A stretch of DNA of 63,753 nt, filler included. It is 11 parts of 11 records of this genome, joined end to end, with 100 filler letters (N's around TTAATTAATTAA, not from the genome) between each part and the next. Parts side by side here need not be neighbours in the genome. Positions count along the whole stretch, not along the records: positions 9,919 to 16,649 come from SRR7504441_7349; positions 16,750 to 20,419 come from SRR7504441_7396; positions 20,520 to 24,616 come from SRR7504441_7414; 8 more parts are not named here. The stretch is one strand, 5' to 3'. Below the pieces are notes generated by a model. That model saw only the letters and a program-made list of their open reading frames with translations, ran no database searches and had not been told where the DNA came from. The translations under genes were made by a program, and so were the position numbers. Position 1 is the stretch's first letter, and every line of letters starts with the position of its first letter. Positions 12,308 through 24,616 of the stretch are shown here, piece after piece.

Positions 12308-14238
12308 TCACCTTGCTTTCGAGGGGCTTTTCTGCCACTCGACTTCTAGGCCATCACGGGCATCAAACGATGAAGGGAGAGACTGTCACCACCACTCAAC
12401 ATCATCGAGGGTGGCCAGGTGATAGGCCAGCTGACCTGTAAATCGTTGCCCAGCAGATCTATTTGCTTCAGGTTGGGGATTTTGGCTACCCAGGCAGGAA
12501 TTTCCTGTGAAACAGCCGCTCGCAAGGCGTATCCAACTAGCGCTGGAGCGCCTGCAGTCTGTTGTAAGACAAGTTGAAGTGGCTGATCTTCTGCAGTGGC
12601 CGGATTTCATCGATTGCAGTCAGTTTGTTGTGCCCAAGGTCCAGAATGCTGCCCAACCGGTCCACACCAGCCCGCCTGCTCTCGCACCGCAGCTGGCTGA
12701 GCCCCTCGATTTCAGTAGGGAGGCTGGTTAGCTTATTGGCATTCAGATATAGCCCCCTGAGTTCCTGCCATCACAGTGAGCTCGCGAGGCTTGCTCTCCA
12801 CCTTGAGCCTGCCGATCTCCGGGGGCAGCGACTCGAGATCGTTGCCTGCGGCTTGCTCAGTCGGGGCGGGCCGGCCGTTCGCACCGTTCATGTCCAGCTC
12901 GCGCAGTTGCTGCAGCGTGCCCAGCACTCTCGGAACAGTCGCCAATCCGTTTCTATTCAAGTTGAGCTCACGCAGCGTGGGCGCCAGCAGCACCACTGCC
13001 TCGGGCAGCCCGGTCAGCCCACCGTTGTTGATTGTGATCCGCTCGACGAATTGCTTGGTCCTGTCCATCCCCACGCCAGGCCACTTGTCCAGCTTGGTCC
13101 CCTTGCTCACTCTGCCCCTCTCAGGCGCCGCGTCCCACAACTCGGACAAGGCCATCCGTTGGTGCTCCACCAGCTCCGATCCCTCCGCGGCCGCGCTCGT
13201 GCTCTTGTTCAGCACCCTCGACCTAAACTCGTTGGTCCAGGCCTCCGCTTTCGCCTTTTCGGCTTGCTGCTTGGCCTCTGCAGCTCGCTTGGCTTCGGCT
13301 CGCTCTGCGGCCTCCCGGTCGGCTTGCTGCTTGGCCAGTCGCGCCGCCTCGGCAGCTTGGGCCCACTGCTCGGCCTCACGCGCCGCCAGCTCTTTGACCG
13401 CCCGATCCGCTTCTGCTGCCGCCTGTGCTTCCGCCTGTGCTTTCGCGGCCGCTTTAGCCGCTGCCTCCGCCTCCGCGGCTGCCTTAGCTGCGTCGGCAGC
13501 CGCCTGGGCTGCGGCTTCCTCCTCGGCCTTGAGCGCCTCCCTCCGGGCGGCCTCCTCCTCTCGGTCGGCCTGGGCTATGCGCTCTCGCGCCTCCTCGCGT
13601 GCCGCAGCCACTTGCTCCTGGCTCTCCAAGATCAACTGCTGCCGCTGCTCCTCCGCGGCCCGCTCGGCGGCCTCCCATTCGGTACGGCTGGCCTGTACCT
13701 TGGTTGAGCTGCTCTTGTTCTCCAGGTGGGCCTTCCTGGCCGCCTGGCGGGCCTGGTCTGCCTCGGTTAGGGCTTGCTCGGCCCGGCTGCGCTCCTGGTC
13801 GAGCTGCTGCTGTTTGGTCTGCTGGATCTGGCGCGACTTCTGGGCGCGCTGCTCGCTCCTGTTGCTGGCGTAGTCCTGGTCCGGGAACTGGTTGGCCAGC
13901 TTGGTCAGGAAGCCGGAGATGGCCTTCTGGTTGCCCGAGTGGAAGTCGGCCGGCGAGAGCCCCGGGGGAGTCTCGACCCCGAGCTCGGCCATCCGGGCGC
14001 AGCAGACGGCCAGGTTGTCCAGCTGGATCGGGACCAACTTGGCCTTGCTCTTGACCTTGACCGGCTGGCCGGTGAGCTGGCTGATCAGTCGCGCCAGCGC
14101 CACCCCGTCGGCGAACAGCTCGCCCACCGGCAGCTCGCTCGGGTGGCCGGCCTGCTCGAGCACGCTGTACAGCCAGCGCTGCAGCTCCGGGTCCACTCCA
14201 CTGAACCAGCCCCCTTCAGCTGCCGCCCCCTCGTCCAT
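12308..14238 (-). CDS. Calponin-homology + coiled-coil + LRR protein (5 introns, one GC-AG); 3' end approximate
   Basis: CH motif LFADGVALARLISQL...LDNLAVC...PADFHSGNQKAISGFL. Spliced LRRs LRELNLNRNGL, LYLNANKLTSLP, LDLGHNKL, IDLLGNDLQSLP. Confidence 0.8.
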
Positions 14239-14374
14239 TGATCCGGAAGGAAGCTCTTGCCCTTCGGCGGCGTGTTCAAGCGCCTGCAGCCCACCAGAAA
14301 TGATCGTTGGCCTGTCAGCCTGTCCAGAAGCTGCTCGGCTCCAGCCTCCAGGGGTCTTTCGGGTGGTCGGAGGG

Positions 14375-15643
14375 ATGGGCCTGACGTCCGAGGATGACCA
14401 GTGGGGGCTGGGGGTGATCTTCGGGCTGCTGGGCTGCCTGCTGGCCAACGGCGGGATCACGCTGATCAAGTGGGCCCACCTGAGCTCGCAGCATGCCCGG
14501 CAGCACTGGCTCAACACCACCACCCCCGCCTCCCCGCCCAAGCCATACTGGCAACAGCCGCAGTGGTGGGCCGGGCTCGGACTGCTGGTGCTCGGGACGC
14601 TGCCGCTCGACATGATGGCGCTCAGCCTGCTCCCGATGGTCTGCTTCATCGGGCTGACCGGACTCACGCTGCTGCTCTCCGCCGTGCTCGCCCCCTGGCT
14701 GCTTGGCCGGCTGTCCGGCGAGTCGGCCCCGGCTGGACGGCTGGATATGGTGGCGGTGCTGCTGGTGCTGGGCGGGGTGACGGTGGCGGTGCTGTTCGCC
14801 TCGCACAACTACCAGCACATTTCGCCGGACAAGATGGGAGAGCTGCTCGCCAGCGGGGGGGCCATCGGGTGGGAGGTGGCCGGCTGGGTGCTCGCGCTGG
14901 CGCTGGTGCTCACAGTCCGGAGCGGCCAGTTCGAGCGCTGGGTCCACGAGCTGCTCTGGCTAGCAATCGGGCTGCACGCTGGGCTCACAGGTGGCGCACC
15001 CCCCGCCTGCTGACCGAGCCACAGGCTTCCTGGCCAGCCAGCAGCTGGTCTTCCTCAAGGCATTTGTGAACATCGTGCGCAACTGGTGGCAGGAGCACGA
15101 GACATTCGGCGACTCCACCAAGGAAACCTGGTGCGGTGCGGTGTGCATGGCCGGAGCGGCAAGCAGGGACAATCCACGGACGTGGGGGTTCATGCTCGGG
15201 GCGATCGCGCTGCTGCTGCTCGAGCTCAAGTTCCTCAACCAGGCACTCTCGCTGTTCGGGGCTGGGCTCTACCTGCCGGTGCGCTCGGGCTGTGCCTGAT
15301 CGGTGAGTGCAGGCAGTTGTTCCACCTGGCGCTCATGCTGCTCGGGATGTGCTCCGGGCTGGTCATCTTCAAGGAGCTGCTCCCGCACGCGCCCTACTAC
15401 CTGCTCGGGATAGCCGTCGCCGCGGCCGGGATGCTGCTGCTCATCCAAAGGCCGCCCGAGCAGGAGCCACCGCTAGACCCGGCAGACGCCAGCTACGGGG
15501 CTGTACAAGCCGCCAAGCAGCCGGAAGAGCTGCCCCCGTGGCTGCAGGAGCCGCACCCGCGCTCCCGGTCACCGAGCCAGGCTTCGGTGGGTCTGTACAA
15601 TCAGGCGCTCGAAACCGAATCCGACGGCCAACCCATTCTATGA
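14375..15643 (+). CDS. NIPA-family (DMT) Mg2+ transporter-like protein
   Basis: PYWQQPQWWAGLGL, ALSLLP, KFLNQALSLF, SGLVIFKE; about 9 hydrophobic segments. Confidence 0.8.
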
Positions 15644-15894
15644 CAAGAACTCGAGTTCACTAAATGTATAGTGATTGTAAAGCACTCTGACAGTTGTCAA
15701 AGAGCAAAGTTCGAACTTTCGAATTAGATCTATCTAGATTCTTAATTAAAATTCACGTTTAATATCTTACAATCCTAAGCCACTGGGAATTAGGAATTAG
15801 GAATTAGGGATCATCTCTTAGATCGAGTGGAGCGTCAGCCCGATGGCCAGCCCGAATGATGATGCTTAATTAAATGGTCTGAGTCGGCTCGGCT

Positions 15895-16649
15895 TCACAC
15901 CACAGAGTCTATGATGCTCTTGGCCTGCCGCAGCTTGGACCGGAGCTGGTCGGCCTCCGCCCTCAGCCTGGCGTTCTCCTCGGTCAGCCGGACGATCTCG
16001 GCGTCCTTGGCCGACTGGTCCGGGCCCAGGCTGGCGCTGGTTGGGGCCGGCCTGGGGAGCACTGGGGAGGCCACTGGCCGGGCTGCTGCCTTGTGCTGCT
16101 TGTCGGGCTTGGAGTGCTTTGGGGACTCGAGCGAGTTGGTCTTGGCCATGGCGGCGGCGTACTGCCGGAGCTGGTCGGCTCGCCACTTGAGGTCCAAGTC
16201 GCCCACCATCTGAAGGTCCTCCACTCCTATGTACTTGGGGTGCTGCAGCCCGCACATCTCCAGCCGCACTCGCCCAGTCGACCGGCCGTAGAACAGGTCT
16301 GTCAGGATCACCGTCTGGACCGGCTCCTTGCCCGGCTCGGGCCCGGCCACCTCGGGGTACCGCTCCCAAGGCATGTCGTGGTCCTCTGCCAGCAGCACGC
16401 TGAAGCTCTCCGGCCCTCCGTGCGTCCAGCGGATGATCAGCTTGCGAAGGTGGAACCGGCCGGCCAGCTCCACCTCCAGGCACACCGGCTCGCGCGGGTT
16501 GGCGCTCGAGCTCCAGACGCCTTTAGGCACGCAAAGCATCTGGCCGGCGTACTCCCTGCCCCCACTGAGCTTGCAGCCATGGCCAGCTCTCACTTGGAGT
16601 AGTTAGAGGAGGCCTCGATCCTGCGCGGGGCGATCAACGCCTTCTGGCC
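15895..16649 (-). CDS. F5/8 type C (discoidin/galactose-binding-like) domain plus coiled coil; 5'-truncated
   Basis: IEASSNY...WSS...VCLEVELAGRFHLRKLIIRW...GRVRLEM; C-terminal LTEENARLRAE. Confidence 0.6.
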
Positions 16650-16750
16650 NNNNNNNNNNNNNNNNNNNNNNNNNNNNNNNNNNNNNNNNNNNNTTAATTA
16701 ATTAANNNNNNNNNNNNNNNNNNNNNNNNNNNNNNNNNNNNNNNNNNNNG

Positions 16751-19700
16751 AGCAGCGTTGAGAAGAAGTTCGTGAGTACGGAGGAGAAGGTGAAGCAATG
16801 GCTGGAGCAGCAGACGGCTCGCAAGGCCGCGGCCAAGTCGGCGCTGGAGGCGGTGAATATGAAGGAGAAGCGATTTGGGAAGGCGGCCAAGGCGGTGCAG
16901 GCGGGCGAGCAGGCGGTGGCGGGGACCGGGGAGGAGGCAGCGCAGGTGGAGGCTCAGGTGAAGATCGGCATGAATAGAGTGAACAAGGTGAAGCGCAAGT
17001 ACAACGCGGCCCGGAAGGTGGAGCAAGGCTTGAGGCACGAGCTGCGCACCGGCGAGCTGACCGTGGACAAGCTGGAGAGCTTCCTGAAGGAGCTCAAGGC
17101 GAGGCGGGCGGACGCTGCGCAGAAAGTCGAGCGGGACGGGGCCGAGACGGACCAGACCAAACAGAAGATTTCGGGCGCGGAGAGTGAAGTGAGCGAGGCG
17201 AGCCTGGTGCTCAAGGAGAGCCAGGCCGAAGAGCAGGACGCGGCCGACGAGGCTCAGGCGAGCGAGAGAACGTGGGAGAAAGCGTACAAACTGCAGGAGG
17301 CTGGGCAGTCGTCGCTGGCGCAAGCGGAGGAGGCTGTTCGGGCCAAGGTGACGCGGCTGGCCGAGCTGGGGGCCAAGGGCAAGGAGCTGGACGCGGCGAT
17401 GCTGACCAACAGGAAGAACGAGGCCAAGCTCAAGGACGACTTTGAACAAGCAGCGAAGGCGTCTGTCGAGGCGGCGATCGTGCTCAGCAAAGTGTCTGGA
17501 GCGGCGGCGGAAGAGAGCGCCGATGACCTGCGGGAGAAGGCTGATCGGGAGATTGCGGAGATCAAACGGAAATCAGACCAGGCGAGCAAGGAGCTTGTGG
17601 ACTCGGCGAACGAAGAAGCAGCCAAAGAGAAGCAACAGTGGGAGGAGAAGGTGGAGAAGGCGAGCTTCTATGCTAAGCTCGAGGGGAAGAAACAGAAAGC
17701 ACGGGACGAAGCCGACGCCATCCGGCTGTCGGGAGTCGAACAAGCGAGCGACATCGAGCAGGAGGCGGCGAACGAGTGCGACGGCGGTGAGTGCGTGACG
17801 GCGCAGAAGATCAAGGCGGCCGTGGTCAAGAAAGCTGAGGAGGCCCAGAACGAGGCCGCCAAGGGCCTGTGCGAGAAGGGCGGCACGATGGACAGCCAAG
17901 GGCGGCCGTGCCGGCCCGCAGCGGCCTCTCTGCTTGAACTCGGGTCAAACTCAGCCCAGCAGCCAGCCGCTCCGGTCGAGTCGGAGCATCAGCTGGCGTT
18001 GAAGCAAGCAACAGATAAGCTGGGCGCTTCGACCAAGAAGAAGGACGCCGCGTTCAAAGCGCTCCAGCATGCGCGGCAGCTCACGCTGCGACTGCACCAA
18101 CAGCAGAACGATGTAGTCGCGGAGGTCATCGCAGCCCAAGAGGACAAAGTGGTGGCTGTGAACGCTGCAGAGGAGGCCAAGGCCGAGCTCGCGCGGCTCA
18201 AGGGCAAGGCCGACGAGTTGCGGTCCGTATTCAATGGATTGAACAAGCTCAAGGAGAAAGCCGAAGCCAAACGGACCGAGGCGAACTTGGCTCATGTCAA
18301 GGCTCAGTCCGAGTTCACGCGGGACTCTGAGGCGTACAAGCAGGCCAAGAGGAACTTCGAGAAGGCCGAGGCCGAGGCCGCGCGGCTCAAGGCGGACTCG
18401 GACAAGGCGAAGCAGGACTACCTGGCGGCGCAAGGGTCAGTCGCAGCAGCCAAGGCGCCGCTGCCGGCCGCAGAGCAAGAGGCCAAGAAGGAGAAGACGG
18501 CGGTGCGCAAGGCGGAGACTGCTGCGAAGGCGGATACTCGCAAGCTGGGCGAGGCCCAGAAGTTGCACAAGGAGGCTCAAGATTTGTACGCAAAGTACCA
18601 AGCCCAGCTCAAGCTCGACGAGGACGCTGTCAGTCAAGCCACTTCAGAGGCGAGCAGCAAGGAGGCTGAGGCCAGGAAGGCTGCGAAGGAGCTGCTGGAC
18701 ATGAAGAAGAGCGTACTCAAGCTGAAAGCGTCGGCCCAGGAGGCCAAGGCCGCGGCGGAAGCGGCCGCTGCGAAGGCTGTGGATGGCACGGCGGCGAGTA
18801 AGGCTGTTGGCGCCGAGGTGCGCGATGCCAGGAAAGCGTTGAAGCCGTACAGTGAAGAGCTATCAAAAGCGGAGAAGGCAGACCGAGACAGCAAAGCAGA
18901 TCTGGACCGGCAGATCGAGCAGGAACACGCAGCGGGAGGCAAGCTGAAGGATATGTCAGATGCTTCGACCAAGGCCGAGAAGGCCGAGCAGAAGGCGCAG
19001 AAGCAGGCGAAAGATGCAGCCGCCGCTGAGCGGGAGGCGCAGAAGGCGTTGATGCAGTTGATATCAGTGTTTAGCGGCTCGAAAGAGAAGTCGAATCTGA
19101 TGAAGAAGCTGATTGTGAAGAAGAAGGAGGAGCTGGCCAAGCAGGCTGAGAGCTTCAAGTCGATTGGAAAACTGTTCAAGGAGCTCCAGGCGACGGCGGA
19201 GTCTGAGCAGCTCGAGGCGGACGCCAAGCAGCGGAAGCTTGACGGCTTGAGGAAGAAGATCAAGGAGCAGCGGAAGGCGCTAGCTGGGCTGGAAGCTGAG
19301 TCGAAAGGAGTTGCAGACAGCATGGCGGCTACCGAGACCGAGCGGACTCAGACACAGGCCAATTACGATCAGGTGCAGGAGACGCTCGGAAGCCAGAGCA
19401 GTCTGCTTGAGAGCGAGAAGCTGGAGCTCAGCCGGAGCGATGCGTTTGCAAAGCAGAAAGATAAGGAGGTGGGCGAGGTGAAGGCCGACGTTGCAAAAGC
19501 CGCTGCGCCGGTCAAAGCCGCATACGATGAAGCAGCGGAGCAAGTGGAGGCGGCCGCAAAAGAAGTCAAAAAGGCGCAAGAGCCGGTGAAGGCTGAGCAG
19601 AAGCAAGTGGCGTCGCTGGAGAGGAAGCAAACTGCGGCCGAGAAGACCAACAAAGAGAGGCAGGCGGAGCTGACCGCTGCTGGCAAGAGGCTCAAGGAGC

Positions 19701-20419
19701 TCGAGGCTAAGAGGAAGAAGCTGAGTGAAGCGCTTGCTGAGGCTACTGAGAAGAAGGGCGACGCCGAGAGGGCAGTGACCAGGACGACGGCGATGCTCAA
19801 GTCTTTCCAACAGAAGAAGAGCGCGGCTTCTGAGGAAGAGGAGGCGGCCAAGGGCAAGTCCCTGCAGGCTGAGCAGGTGCTGAGTGCCGCAAAGGAGGGC
19901 GTTACGAGTGCGACTCAACGTCAGGCCAAAGCTGCAGACGATAAGACGGCAGCAGATAAGAAGGTGGAGGACTCCAAGCAAGCAAAACAGGACTCGGACG
20001 AGCAGGCCAAGGAGGCGAGCAAGCAGCTGGAGGCCGGTCAAGCCAAGCTGGCAAAAGCGAGGAAGAGCGCAGACGCAAGCAGCAAGGAGTACGCACAGCT
20101 GGAGACCACGATGGGTCAGCAGGAAGCGGCGTACCAGAAAACAAAAGCGGCAGCGGATGAAACTCAAAGCACCCAATCCGAGACTGAGGATGAGCAAGCC
20201 GACCTCGAGCGGAAGAAGACCCAACTGGAGGAAACGCTGACAGCAGAGAAAACTACCAGCTCCGAAGCCAAGGCTAAAGCCGACAAGGAAGAAGAGGCTA
20301 TCAAGCAGAAGCTGGCTGCTGAGCAGGAAAAGCTGAAGAAGGCACAAGACGCGCACGACGAGGCCAAATCTGCCGAGAAGGAAGCTCGTTCCGAGCTGGA
20401 GAAACTGCAGTCCGAACTG
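16751..20419 (+). CDS. Giant Ala/Lys/Glu coiled-coil protein, intronless, truncated at both ends
   Basis: Over 1220 open codons fill the contig; heptad-like composition with one small Cys cluster. Confidence 0.85.
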
Positions 20420-21302
20420 NNNNNNNNNNNNNNNNNNNNNNNNNNNNNNNNNNNNNNNNNNNNTTAATTAATTAANNNNNNNNNNNNNNNNNNNNNNNNN
20501 NNNNNNNNNNNNNNNNNNNGCTGGGCAGCGGCCAGAGCGCAGGCTGGGGCAGGCTGGGCCAGGAGCGGGCGCGGCAGCAGGCCTCGCTGGAGCGGGTGGC
20601 GGCAGAGCCGGCCGAGGCGGAGGTAGGGAGCTGGGGCTAGCCGGTGCTGAGCGGAGGGGGACAGCGGCGGACTGTCTCGTTCCACCACGCCGCCCCCAAG
20701 CGTCGAGCCCCGGACAAGGAGGCCGAACGGGATCGGCAGAAGGCCGAAAGGCGGGAGGCGCGAAAGAAGGAAATAGAGGCCGAGGCACAGGCGAGCAGGC
20801 TGCCGCTGCCACTGTGCGAGCCTGGTTGCGTGCAGAGAGCAGCTGCGTCTGCGGCCGTGATGACATCTGAATGGGAGGCAATGGTGCGCAGCTTGGCTGT
20901 GCAGCATGTGACAGTTACTGTGTACAGACGAAACTCGCGGAAAGCAAGACCCAGCAGAAATCGCAGGAGCTGCAGGACGAAATACTCCGCCGAAAGGTTG
21001 TCTAGTCTCAATAATTAGCTTGGTATCGCAATGATGGTTTGGTTGCTTAGAATGCTGTGAAAGACGAGGTTGGTGAGGACATGCTCAAATCGGCAGACGA
21101 TCTCTGGGCCGAGTTTAGAACCGCCAATAAGAAAAAGAAAAAGCGCAAATAAACTCAATAAAGGACCACATCTTTCACACCCGAAGTACCGTACGACCGA
21201 AACCCAAGTACAATTAAAGTACCGTATTGTATCGAGGTGAAAAACTAAACCGGCCAGGGTTGCTGCCGTTAGAGAGGACGCCCGACTGCCCAGAACCACG
21301 GA

Positions 21303-23651
21303 ATGCGGTGGGTCCTGATGCGGCCGCTGCGGCCGCCTGCTGGGCTCAAGTTTCGCGGGCTGGCCAAGAAGAGCAAGAAGAAGAAGAAGCAGCAGCAGCA
21401 GCCGGCCAGCGCCCCGGTGATCTGCACTCTGAACGATCTGGGCCGGAGCGTGGACGCCGGTCGGCGGACGCTGTTCGAGGGGCTGAACCTATCCATGTTC
21501 TGGGGTGAGCTCGGGGCCGGCTGCCCGGTCCAGCCGGGGCAGGTGCGAAGATCGGGGTGCTCGGCTCCAACGGAAGCGGCAAGTCGTCGCTGATCAGAGC
21601 GATAGCCGGGGTGGATCCCGAACACTCGGGCACGGTGCGGCGGCCTGCCGGCGGCGGGCAGTGGGGGGGGCAGGTGCAGCTGGCGGAGGGGGTGCGGTTG
21701 GGGTACCTGGCGCAGGAGCCAGAGCTTGACCCAGACAAGGCGGCCGGCCGCCGGGGCTGCTGCTGAGATCGGGGCAGAGCGTGCAGGGCAACCTGATGGA
21801 TGGGATGGCCGACAAGCGGAACTGCCTAGCCGAGCTGGAGCAGCTGGGCGAGTGGATCGAGCGAGGCCAGGGCCCGGAAGGTGGCTGCTCGCCGGCCGGG
21901 CTCAGCCTGTGGCCAGGAGAGACAGTGGATGAGCTGATCGAGCGCCAGGCCACTCTGTTCGATCGAGCCGAGCAGCTGAACGCCTGGGATCTAGACCGGC
22001 TGCTCCAACAGACCACCCAGGTGCCGCCCCCGCTGCCCGGGCACAGCCAGCCGGCAGGCGCTGAATTGCCCGCCGCTGGACTCTGGGGTCACCAGGCTGT
22101 CTGGAGGAGAGCGGCGGCGAGTGGCGTTGGCCCGGTTGATACTTGGTCTGGCCGGCCGGGCTGGCTGGCTGAGCGGATCGGCAGCCGAGCCGGACATGAT
22201 GCTGCTGGACGAGCCGACAAACCACCTGGACGCCCAGTCAGTTGGCTGGCTGGAGCAATACCTTTCGAAATACAAGGGCTCAGTGGTGGCCGTCACGCAC
22301 GACAGGCGGGCCGGCCGAGGGGCTGGGGCGAGGCCGAGGCAGGTACTTCCTGGACAACATAGCCGGGTGGATGATAGAGCTCGACAGAGGGAGGGTTTAC
22401 ACGTACCAGGGCAACTACAGCGAGTGGCTCCAGCAGAAGGTGCATCCGGCAGCCGCACCAGCACACTCGGTGTGCAGACCAACAGATTGGACTTGGAGCA
22501 CAAGAAAGACGCTGCCCGGGCCAAGCAGCTGGCCCGCGAGCTCGAATGGATCAGGTGCGGCCCAAGAGCGGCTCGGCTGATCCGGGTGGTAGGAGCAACC
22601 GGTCCTCAAAGAGCAAAGCTCGAGTCAACACGTACCAGCAACTGCTAGCAGAGGCCGAGCAAGTGACAGACAACACGGCTGGGGGCACAATTGTGATCCC
22701 TGACGGGCCGCGGCTGGGCAACTCGGTCATTGCAGCCAAGGTGTGGCTGTCTCGAGCCAGGTAGCTGTGAGTGCCTGCTGCAGGGGCTCAAGATGGTCTT
22801 TGACGGGAGGCTTCTCTTTGATAACTTTAGTTTCACCTTGGGCCGCGGCTCGATTGTGGGGGTGGTGGGCCCGAACGGCGCCGGCAAGTCCACGCTCTTC
22901 CGGATCTTGACTGGGGAGCTCGAGCCGGAGGAGGGCACAATCGAGATAGGCAGCACTGTGAGCCTCGGGTATGTGGATCAGAGCCGGGCCGGGCTGGAGC
23001 CCAACCAGACTGTGAGGCTGGCCTGGCTGGGCTGGAGCGAACTCGGGGTGGGACAGGTGTACGAGGCCATCTCAGACGGTGTTGACGAGGTGCAGTATGC
23101 CAACGGTCGGCGGATGACAATGCGGGCATTCGCTGCACAGTTTAACTTCAAGGGGTCGCTCCAGGCAGCACAGGCCGCCAGCCCGGCGTAATGCTCAGCT
23201 GCAGGAGAAGAAAGTTGGGCAGTGCTCTGGGGGAGAACGCAACCGAGTGCACATCGCGAGGATGGTGAAGGGAGGGCATAATGTCCTGCTGCTTGACGGT
23301 GCCAGCCAGATCGGAGCGTACTGAGTGTGATACAGAGCCCACAAACGACTTGGATGTGGACACGCTGCGATCGCTTGAAGAGGCGCTTCCAGGATTCGAA
23401 GGCTGCGCAGTGGTTAGTGACCTCGCGCTGAGCTGTCAGATTCATGGGCTGAGACAGGTGATTAGCCACGACAGGTACTTCCTGGATCGCATCTGCACGG
23501 ACATTATTGCCTTTGAAGGTCTACCTCCTTTCGAGTGCGACTGGCTCTAACGCGCGCCGATGCAGGAGACGGGCGCGTGGAAGTATTCCCCGGGAATTGG
23601 TCCGAGTATGAGGCTGATTTCCTGAAGAGGACAGCGCCTGCTACGTCGTGA
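21303..23651 (+). CDS. ettA: EttA/ChvD-like ABC-F ATPase with N-terminal presequence; 15 introns
   Basis: Spliced product has [106 protein letters not shown]. Confidence 0.9.
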
Positions 23652-23787
23652 ATTTTGGTACAACTACATCCATTTGGGAGCTGTGAGTTGGAACAGCCGA
23701 GCCTCGCTTCAGATCAAAACACGTTCTTGGTGACTCCAGTGACTGGGGCCCACCCGTTGGGTTTACTTATATCAAGTGCGGGCGTCA

Positions 23788-23948
23788 TGAGTCCGATGAG
23801 TCCATCGTGAGTCCATGCATGAGTCAGGTGAACAGAGTTTGTATTCTTTGTAAGTTGTGGTCATAATGTGGTTATAATGTGGTGATAAACGGCTGAACTG
23901 TAGGCCTTGAAAGGCTAGGAACTAAATATTATTCGGACTCTATATAAG
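23788..23948 (+). promoter_or_regulatory. Candidate promoter: 4x TGAGTC, 3x TGTGGTNATAA, TATATAAG
   Basis: TGAGTC at 23788, 23797, 23808, 23820; 11-mers at 23856-23888; TATA at 23941; ATG at 24124. Confidence 0.4.
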
Positions 23949-24123
23949 CCCTCATAGGATGCAATGCAGACCTTTTCTGGCCGGGGGCAGTCCGGCCGGC
24001 CAGAACTAGCCACAGTAGCCAGACTCACTTTCGTCGCCTGTTGTTGCCCCGTCCGTCCAACGGCATTTGCCATGGCATAGAGCTGGAGAGGACCCTGCGC
24101 TCACTGCTGAGGACAGTGTGGCG

Positions 24124-24616
24124 ATGATGAACTCGTCTGCGGGCTCCTCTCCGCCGGACGACGCCAAGGCCAAGAAGCAAGCGCTGGCGGCTCGGATCCG
24201 GCGCGAGAAGGAGCTGATGATGATCTTGGCTGAGAGGAAGCAGCAGCGCGAGATCAGCGACGAGGCGCCTGCCCTCCCTGGGCTGGGCTCACCCGCAATG
24301 GGGGGCAGATCGCCCGAGCCAACGCAGCCCAAGCCGCATGCGGATGCTTTGACTTTTTCAAGAGCTTCTCCGCGCCCAAGCCGCAGCCTGGACACGTGGT
24401 GCGCAGCGCGCCGCAAGACGAGTACCACTACAAAGGCCTGCTCTGAGCAGCATGGACCCAGGCGCGGCGGGTCCTGGTTGGGCAGCCGCAGTGCCGCGCG
24501 ATTGGCTGCTTTCCTGTGGGTTGCGGCAAGCAGGGGCACGAGTGCTCGGATGATGATCTTGGCCGAGAGGAAGCAGCAGCGTGAGATCAGCGACGAGTCA
24601 CTGATTCCCCACACTG
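24124..24616 (+). CDS. Hypothetical protein, 5' part, with a duplicated 16-aa module
   Basis: MMILAERKQQREISDE encoded at 24217-24264 and 24550-24597; probable GC-AG intron from 24265. Confidence 0.5.

Noticed and set aside
12574-20356. Long antisense and overlapping ORFs as real overlapping genes
   Set aside because: Expected shadows of GC-rich, Ala/Glu/Lys coiled-coil coding; no motifs.
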